Part shown: positions 57,838 through 64,000 of the stretch, piece by piece
Position numbering within the stretch: position 1 is the stretch's first letter
Layout of the letters: each line of letters starts with the position of its first letter
NCBI GenBank assembly: GCA_964291315.2
Contig: OZ219753.1
Span: 1,056,001 to 1,120,000 of the forward strand
DNA from: Candidatus Poribacteria bacterium
GTDB lineage: Bacteria; Poribacteria; WGA-4E; WGA-3G
Direction: 5' to 3'
DNA: 64,000 bases
The notes under the pieces: model-generated
What the model saw: the letters and a program-made list of their open reading frames with translations, nothing else
Told to the model about the DNA's origin: nothing
Databases searched by the model: none
Program-made: the position numbers and the translations under genes

Positions 57838-58698
57838 TTACTGCTGCTTCGTGTAGAGCGGCGTTTCAAGCAAAGATTGCACTTCATAAATGGAACCCTT
57901 CCGCTCAGCGTGGGGTTCCGGCATACGGACAGGTGCAGCTACGATGCGAGGCTCATTCGTCGGCTCACCACGGATAATAAAGCTATTAAAAGTGTGCCAA
58001 TCCGGGATACCCTTCAGGGGCCACGCGTCTACGGCACAATATTGGAACAGGAGCAAGCGGCGCGGCTTCTCAGATGTATTCGGGGCAGAACCGTGTAACG
58101 TTCGCACATGATGAATAGTGATACCCCCTGCTTTTAACTCGATAGGTACAGCACCCGCTGGCGTGAAATTGGGATCCGTTACCGCCCCAACAAACACCCC
58201 ATTTTGATGGTGATCCAAAGTCGGGCCCTTGTGTGAACCCGGAAGTATCATCAAGGCACCGTTCTCCACGCTCATATCATCAATAACAACCCCTACTGCC
58301 AGCAAACTATCGTTGGTATGTGGATAGAACGCCCAATCCTGATGCCATTCAACCGGGCTCCCGAACTCCGGATATTTCATATTCAGTTTATGCCCATTAT
58401 ATCGAACCCCCGGGCCAATGAGTTGTTCCACGATATCTAGAATCCTCGGATGCCGTAAAGCCCGATCATAAACAGTGTGGTGGATCCCCGGATTTTTGAT
58501 GCGCCGTACACGCGGGGTAGCAGAAGTATGCCCTGGTTCTAGGTCAAAAATATCAGTGTGTTTGGTAACTTCCCTCGATTTTTCAACGAATTCATCGGTG
58601 ATGCGCTGAAGATCAACGACCTCCTCTGACGTTAATACGGCTTCAACGCCGATATAGCCACTCCTGTTATAAAAATCAAGTTGTTCTCGTGTCAGCAC
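57838..58698 (-). CDS. PhyH-family dioxygenase
   Basis: EWHQD, ENGAL, PGSH, HGSAPNTS..PRR. Confidence 0.9.
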   Translation of the reverse strand: MLTREQLDFYNRSGYIGVEAVLTSEEVVDLQRITDEFVEKSREVTKHTDIFDLEPGHTSATPRVRRIKNPGIHHTVYDRALRHPRILDIVEQLIGPGVRYNGHKLNMKYPEFGSPVEWHQDWAFYPHTNDSLLAVGVVIDDMSVENGALMILPGSHKGPTLDHHQNGVFVGAVTDPNFTPAGAVPIELKAGGITIHHVRTLHGSAPNTSEKPRRLLLFQYCAVDAWPLKGIPDWHTFNSFIIRGEPTNEPRIVAAPVRMPEPHAERKGSIYEVQSLLETPLYTKQQ

Positions 58699-58753
58699 TG
58701 TACTGCCTCCTATCTGCAGCGTTTACCGTTTTACGCAAATTCAAACCGTTTTT

Positions 58754-59062
58754 TTATCTACCCGGCCGCTGGCGTAAGGTTTCCCTAAATACCTCAAGGC
58801 TTGGGGTTTTGGGAATTGCGCGTAACAACGCTTTTAGATGATCTAAGTCCTCAATTTTTTCAAGGTCATCCTTTAACGTTTGCACAGACTCGGGCTGGAA
58901 CTGGTCACTCAGTAATTCAAGGATCAACTCAATAGCGCACTTCCTCTGCCCGCGTTCTAACCCGCGTTCTAACCCGCGTTCTAACCCGCGTTCTAACCCA
59001 CGTGCCATAGCGCGTTCTTCTGCTTCTCGAACGTATTCGCGGAAAAAAGGAGATTCTTGCAT
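58754..59062 (-). CDS. putative internally initiated small Rpn product (antitoxin-like, 102 aa)
   Basis: In-frame ATG (MQESPFF) preceded by GGAGG at 5-nt spacing. Confidence 0.55.
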   Translation of the reverse strand: MQESPFFREYVREAEERAMARGLERGLERGLERGLERGQRKCAIELILELLSDQFQPESVQTLKDDLEKIEDLDHLKALLRAIPKTPSLEVFRETLRQRPGR

Positions 59063-59698
59063 AATACCCTCCGGCAAAAATTGTTTTATCACTTGAGGAT
59101 CATGGACTAAACCACCAAAGACCCCCAAAGCAGCAAGCAGGAGATCTCGGTCGTTCTGATCCACGTTTGAGGTGAAGGTAGCATCAATACATGTTTCTAA
59201 CCAGCGCGTCGGCTCCATGTGTTCAGGCGGTCTCATTAACGGAGAGAGCGGCAGTAACCCGGGAACCGCAGCCTCCAAGATTGATTGCCCCTCTATGTCG
59301 ATGAGCCGAATTACCCTATACTTAAGCTTGTATTCACATCCATAGCCGACATACTCATAGTATCCAGGGTCATTTCTGCCCGCATGCGGGTGAAGGTAGA
59401 GAACACTCGAATAAGTTTTCAATCTATGTTCTCTGATAAGGAATCCGTTATAACCTGCAATCCGAAGCGGCATTGGTTCACGACTATCATATGCCTGAAA
59501 CTCGTTATGAAGGATAGCAACTTCATCACCGAAACGGACCTTCAGAGTGCTATCTGTTTCACGCGTCTTAAGCACGATTTGTTCAGTCGCTAAATTCTCC
59601 AATACTGTGACTTTTGGATATTTGAGGATGAGTTCTACAAAAGGTTCGGTATATTCGTTCGTTACAAATTTCGCTACATTATCATAACGATGTTTCAT
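58754..59698 (-). CDS. Rpn/YhgA-like (PD-(D/E)XK) recombination-promoting nuclease family protein
   Basis: RETDS...ILHNEFQ...MPLRIAGY; C-terminal (RGLE)n repeats and helical tail. Confidence 0.8.
   Translation of the reverse strand: MKHRYDNVAKFVTNEYTEPFVELILKYPKVTVLENLATEQIVLKTRETDSTLKVRFGDEVAILHNEFQAYDSREPMPLRIAGYNGFLIREHRLKTYSSVLYLHPHAGRNDPGYYEYVGYGCEYKLKYRVIRLIDIEGQSILEAAVPGLLPLSPLMRPPEHMEPTRWLETCIDATFTSNVDQNDRDLLLAALGVFGGLVHDPQVIKQFLPEGIMQESPFFREYVREAEERAMARGLERGLERGLERGLERGQRKCAIELILELLSDQFQPESVQTLKDDLEKIEDLDHLKALLRAIPKTPSLEVFRETLRQRPGR
58949..58996. repeat. 4 x 12-bp tandem repeat CCCGCGTTCTAA (encodes LERG)
   Basis: Four exact copies. Confidence 0.95.
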
Positions 59699-59704
59699 AT
59701 AGAT

Positions 59705-59734
59705 AGTATACCCTAATATGTTAATCTCTGTCAA
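59705..59734 (-). promoter_or_regulatory. promoter giving a probably leaderless rpn mRNA
   Basis: TTGACA-18 nt-TATACT; ATG begins 7 nt downstream with no SD. Confidence 0.55.
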
Positions 59735-59793
59735 CATCTTTTATTATAAAAATTTGGTTTCTCAGAAAGTTCTACTCCGCACAATCGCGCACA

Positions 59794-60906
59794 TTATACC
59801 AATACACCACTGCCACGGGCACCAAGCACGTATTCATAAACTTCTTGTACTTTTTGGACGTGTGTTTCAACGCTGAAAGCCCCCTCCGCATATTTTCTTG
59901 CACGTTGCCCCATAGCGGCGCTTTGCCTCCGGTCTGTAGCAAGTTCCATAATCTTGTCTGCAATTTCCTGCGTCGATTCTGGCGGCATGATGTATCCCGT
60001 TACGCCGTGGACAATCATCTCAGATGCGCTCCCTACTGCCGTTCCGAGGACCGGCGTGCCCGCTGCCATCGCTTCCGCAATAACGCTCCCCGCTGAAAGC
60101 GTCACAAGCAGATCAAGCCCTTGCATCACCTCAGGCATATCAGTACGGTGGCCCATGAAGTGGACCGTCCCGTGCAACTGGTACTTCGCTACCAGTTCAT
60201 GGACTTCTCGATTATAGGCACGGTGATCCGGGGTGTCTAGTGCTGCACCTACGATGTAAAACCGAACGCTGCCTGTCTGCGCAGCGACCCTAGCCGCTAT
60301 TTCAATGAACAATTTTTGACGTTTGAAAGGTTCAATCCTGCCTACAATACCAACAACATATTCCGCGGAAGTTGTTTTTAGGGGAGCGGGACGGAAATCC
60401 GATAAATTGACGCAATTCAGTATAACCGCAACCTTGTGAGCGTCAATTCCTGATCGAATAAGCCAGTTTTTGCTCCGCTCCGAGATAGCAACAATGCTGT
60501 CCATCCGATTAAACCTGTATTTCTTCACTTGCGACGAGGTTAGCAGCGTCCGAACATGTGAAATAGCAGGTATTTTCAACCGCTTTCTAAGATGCCATAG
60601 GTACGGGTTGAACCATGAATCGGAGGTGTGGATGAGTTTTGCCTCATGAGCCTCGGCAAGTGCGGCTAATTTTTTCGCCGCACTATACCGCACTAGCAAC
60701 GATTTTGCTTTCCGCCACGACGGGAGACCGAGAACCACCGTTGGAATACCAACACTCCTTAGGTATTCCGCGAAAACACCATCATCAGGACAAACAACAA
60801 GGGGTTGATAGTGTGACCGGTCAATATTCTCCACAAGATGCGCCAGCTGCTTTTCACCGCCGCCGATGCTTGAACCACAATGGCTGAGATACAGGATCGG
60901 AATCAT
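59794..60906 (-). CDS. glycosyltransferase family 4
   Basis: GGGE, VGRIEPFKRQ, EAMAAGTPV. Confidence 0.9.
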   Translation of the reverse strand: MIPILYLSHCGSSIGGGEKQLAHLVENIDRSHYQPLVVCPDDGVFAEYLRSVGIPTVVLGLPSWRKAKSLLVRYSAAKKLAALAEAHEAKLIHTSDSWFNPYLWHLRKRLKIPAISHVRTLLTSSQVKKYRFNRMDSIVAISERSKNWLIRSGIDAHKVAVILNCVNLSDFRPAPLKTTSAEYVVGIVGRIEPFKRQKLFIEIAARVAAQTGSVRFYIVGAALDTPDHRAYNREVHELVAKYQLHGTVHFMGHRTDMPEVMQGLDLLVTLSAGSVIAEAMAAGTPVLGTAVGSASEMIVHGVTGYIMPPESTQEIADKIMELATDRRQSAAMGQRARKYAEGAFSVETHVQKVQEVYEYVLGARGSGVLV

Positions 60907-60943
60907 CTGTGCTTATCGCTACTATAAACAGACTTTTCATGAG

Positions 60944-61939
60944 TTACACGGGGAAGTTGAGATGCTGATCCCGGAAAACCTGGCTGACTGAACGATGCTG
61001 ATGGACCCGCAATATGGCCTCAGAGAGAAGGGGCGCAATAGATAGCACCTTAATTTTCCCACCTAACTGCTTTTCAGCAGGCACAGGGATTGTATTAGTA
61101 GTAACAACCTCACGAATAGACGGATGAGTGATCCGTTCCAACGAAATTCCAACAAGCACAGCATGGGCAACACTTACATAAGCAGGCTCCGCGCCAGCTG
61201 CTGCTAACGCGAGAGCTTGCTGGTAAATGCTACCACCCGTCTGTATTTCATCGTCAATAATGATCGGCGTCTTCCCTTTAACCTCTCCAACAAGCTCTAC
61301 GAATTTAACCGTCTGCCCATCAACACCTGTCCGCCGCTTGTGCATCACAGCCAACGGAAGATGCAGAATATCCGCATATTTTTCCGCTAATTTGACGCGA
61401 CCCGCATCCGGGGCAACGACTACACCGTTTTCAACCCGCCTTTCGCGAAAATAGTTTGTCAAAGTTGTTAAAGCTGTCAAGTGGTCCATGGGGATATCGA
61501 AAAAACCTTGTATCTGGGGAACGTGTAGATCAATAGCCATCACACGACTCGCACCGGCTGTAGTCAAAAGGTTCGCCACAAGCTTCGCGCTGATAGGCTC
61601 ACGACCCGTCGTTTTGTGATCTTGCCGGGAGTACCCAAAATACGGAATAATAGCCGTGATCTGCCGAGCCGAAGCACGTTTCATCGCGTCAATCGCGATG
61701 AGCAGCTCCATAAGATTCTCATTCGCCGGTTGACTCGTTGGCTGCACCACGTAAATATCCGTGCCGCGGATACTTTCCTCAATTTGGACACGAGTCTCAT
61801 CGTTCGGAAATGGACTAATTGAAATCTTACTGAGTTCAACGCCTAAAATCGCAGCGATCTCCTTCGCTAACGCCGGATTCGCGCGCCCAGCAAATAGCCT
61901 GAAATCCGGCCTAATTGATTGGCCAATCGGGGTAGACAT
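60944..61939 (-). CDS. prs: ribose-phosphate pyrophosphokinase
   Basis: PYFGYSRQD, DLHVPQIQGFF, VAPDAG, IIDDEIQTGGS. Confidence 0.95.
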   Translation of the reverse strand: MSTPIGQSIRPDFRLFAGRANPALAKEIAAILGVELSKISISPFPNDETRVQIEESIRGTDIYVVQPTSQPANENLMELLIAIDAMKRASARQITAIIPYFGYSRQDHKTTGREPISAKLVANLLTTAGASRVMAIDLHVPQIQGFFDIPMDHLTALTTLTNYFRERRVENGVVVAPDAGRVKLAEKYADILHLPLAVMHKRRTGVDGQTVKFVELVGEVKGKTPIIIDDEIQTGGSIYQQALALAAAGAEPAYVSVAHAVLVGISLERITHPSIREVVTTNTIPVPAEKQLGGKIKVLSIAPLLSEAILRVHQHRSVSQVFRDQHLNFPV

Positions 61940-62000
61940 GCCAAAACCTCCTTTATTGGACAAAGTTTCTCTTTATTTTGAACCATCTATCTATGCGGTT

Positions 62001-64000
62001 TTATTTTTTAACAAGCTGCGACCCTTCTAAAGGTCCGGGTGTCCCCGAGTCTAAAGACAATGCCGGCAAACGCTTAACAATCGCTACCGTCCGAAGACTG
62101 ACAGTGATAACGCGCGCCACTAAATCCACAATATACCGCGGCGCATCCGCACAATTCGGATCGGTAACCAGCCCGCTCCGACTGTGCGTCTTCACACGAT
62201 ACTGATCTATCACCCACTCCAACGCTGAACGAGTGCCTGACCGATACGCAAACGCCTCGGCTGGAATGCCCTCCAACGTCAAGAACTCGTTATATTTCAA
62301 CTGTGTCTTGTCTTTGGACAACCGCATCTTTTCGACGCGCCAGTTGAGCGGCACCTTGGGGTTCTGCATCAACCTGAGTTTTTCGTATTTCGGTTGAGAT
62401 TCGTAGTTAACGTGGAGGTCTGCGAGTTGTGCGCCTGCGGTAGCGAACGCCCAGAAGTCTGTGGTGAAGAGGATATGCGGCAGATCGCGTTTGAGGTTCG
62501 CCTCGTATCTCTGGCGGTAATCCGGATGATGTAGGAGCCCATAGGTGTAGTGGAAGATGTCCCACTTGCTGATGGTATCGTCCCTGTAGTGAGAGCGGAA
62601 CGTGGATAACGTCCAGTCGGTGATATTTTCGCGGCGGTTGCTCCCGTCTTCGTCATAGGTGTAGAAAGGAAAGCATTGGGTTGGTGATCCAAACCCGCCC
62701 GTTACTACAAGGTTAGGAGTACAAGCAGCCATCAAACAAGTAAAGGGTTTTTCTAGCGTCACGTTGACACAGATTACCCGATTTTCTGATTCAGTTTCTG
62801 GTGTAGGAAAGATAGATGGAAACATAGCAAGCCTGTCGTCCATTGTTTGATCAAAGTAGAGATTTAAAGTCGTAAACGGACGATAAAGTGATGTTCGTAT
62901 TTTCGCCTCTGTAAATACTGTGGTCTGACCCCTCTGTAGTTTCCGCTTTAACGTCGAACTCCACTTGATCTTCGTGGCATCGGAAATCAGAAAATTATCA
63001 ACGTTCGCCTCCCTATTTGTTCCTTGTGTCCAACGCGCCCCCTCTGCGTTGTAATTTTCTATCATCCTGCTTATATTTTCAGTGAGTGCGTCTCGGTTGA
63101 AATTGTAGACCCACGCATCACGATTTGTACTGATACCGAGACTGTAAGTTTTGAAAAGAACACCCTCTGTCTCTCCCGCAGAGGCTTTTGCTGCCTTAGT
63201 CCCCATCGGCGTGAAGGTGTCAAACTCAGGGTCCAGACTTTCTGTCAGCCATGCGTGCCGCGCATCGGGTTCAATGGACCGCCACGCAACACCGCCCACA
63301 TGCTGACATTTATTCAAGAACTCGAACTTCTGCTCTCTATTCCACAACTCATCCGTGCGATAGTAAAAGATACGCGGCTTCTCTGATGACTTGTCTCTAT
63401 TTTTCACGAATAGATTGATACTCACCCCTATCCGAATGTTGAATACATTCGCATGAGAGACCTTTAACCCGCGCTGCACATTCCCGCCTAAGTCGAGAAC
63501 GTAGAGGGCATCGAAGTCTGCCGCAAGGTGTTTTCGCACCCCATCAAACGCGATGCCGTCCAGAAAACTGTTATTCGTTACCAGAGCCACAACGCCCTCC
63601 TCTCCAATACGATCGGATGCCCATCGGATCGCCTTCACATACGGATCGTAGAGGTTATTTGGGGTCTGTGCTGCAGAGTCTTTGACATACGTCTCCGCAA
63701 CTCGTGCGTCCATGAGCGGGTGTTTCCTATTCTTGTTGTTGTCGTTCTCACTCCGCTGCCCGGCGTTATAAGGCGGGTTGCCGATCACTACGAACATGTC
63801 CGCCGACTTCTGCTCCTGCACCCGCTCTGTGTTTTCGCGCGTGAAGAGCTGTCCCTGCTCCTGCTCAAGCAGCTCGAACGTATCCGCCAGCACGATACCC
63901 TCAAACGGCAGATACGCACCCGTCCGACGGAAATACTCCTGCTCAATGTTCAAACTCGCAATGTAATACGGCAAAAGCATCACCTCGTTGCAGTGGAGTT
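62001..64000 (-). CDS. Type ISP (LlaBIII/LlaGI-like) restriction-modification enzyme, MTase + specificity C-terminal part (runs off right edge)
   Basis: NEVMLLPYYIA.LNIE, GNPPY, RDAWVYNF, YRPF, DIFHYTYGLLH...YR.RY..NLKR.LP, SALEWVIDQY. Confidence 0.85.
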   Translation of the reverse strand, partial: LHCNEVMLLPYYIASLNIEQEYFRRTGAYLPFEGIVLADTFELLEQEQGQLFTRENTERVQEQKSADMFVVIGNPPYNAGQRSENDNNKNRKHPLMDARVAETYVKDSAAQTPNNLYDPYVKAIRWASDRIGEEGVVALVTNNSFLDGIAFDGVRKHLAADFDALYVLDLGGNVQRGLKVSHANVFNIRIGVSINLFVKNRDKSSEKPRIFYYRTDELWNREQKFEFLNKCQHVGGVAWRSIEPDARHAWLTESLDPEFDTFTPMGTKAAKASAGETEGVLFKTYSLGISTNRDAWVYNFNRDALTENISRMIENYNAEGARWTQGTNREANVDNFLISDATKIKWSSTLKRKLQRGQTTVFTEAKIRTSLYRPFTTLNLYFDQTMDDRLAMFPSIFPTPETESENRVICVNVTLEKPFTCLMAACTPNLVVTGGFGSPTQCFPFYTYDEDGSNRRENITDWTLSTFRSHYRDDTISKWDIFHYTYGLLHHPDYRQRYEANLKRDLPHILFTTDFWAFATAGAQLADLHVNYESQPKYEKLRLMQNPKVPLNWRVEKMRLSKDKTQLKYNEFLTLEGIPAEAFAYRSGTRSALEWVIDQYRVKTHSRSGLVTDPNCADAPRYIVDLVARVITVSLRTVAIVKRLPALSLDSGTPGPLEGSQLVKK

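Overview
Bacterial chromosome window. It is most likely Candidatus Poribacteria (inference from LamG proteins ending in 'V.P..KLTT.W..IK', an FlgD-like 'NYPNPFNPETWIPY...RKML' C-terminal domain, multiple PhyH dioxygenases, sulfatases and DUF6785-like membrane proteins). Ordinary content: lpdA, pfkB-ahcY-metK, rpsA, prs, a partner-switching signalling cluster, a TolC/MFP efflux operon and many catabolic enzymes. Features the ORF track misses or splits: (1) three probable selenoprotein lipoproteins, each with an in-frame UGA at the first Cys of a CxxC motif. Two are tandem HMA metal-binding proteins (GMT-U-GSC) and one is an AhpC/TSA redoxin (T-U-GIC). All carry the same SECIS-like stem with a GGN loop 21-23 nt after the UGA. 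(2) A ~970-bp near-identical duplication of a DNA-methyltransferase 5' end that stops exactly at the -35 box; the complete copy is frameshifted at a G8 tract. (3) A DprA fused to a PD-(D/E)XK nuclease-like domain. (4) An Rpn-family gene with an internal RBS/ATG for a probable small antitoxin. (5) A DGR-like variable-region signature in an FGE/CLec surface protein. (6) A 6S-RNA-like long hairpin. All calls are by eye; no database searches were run.
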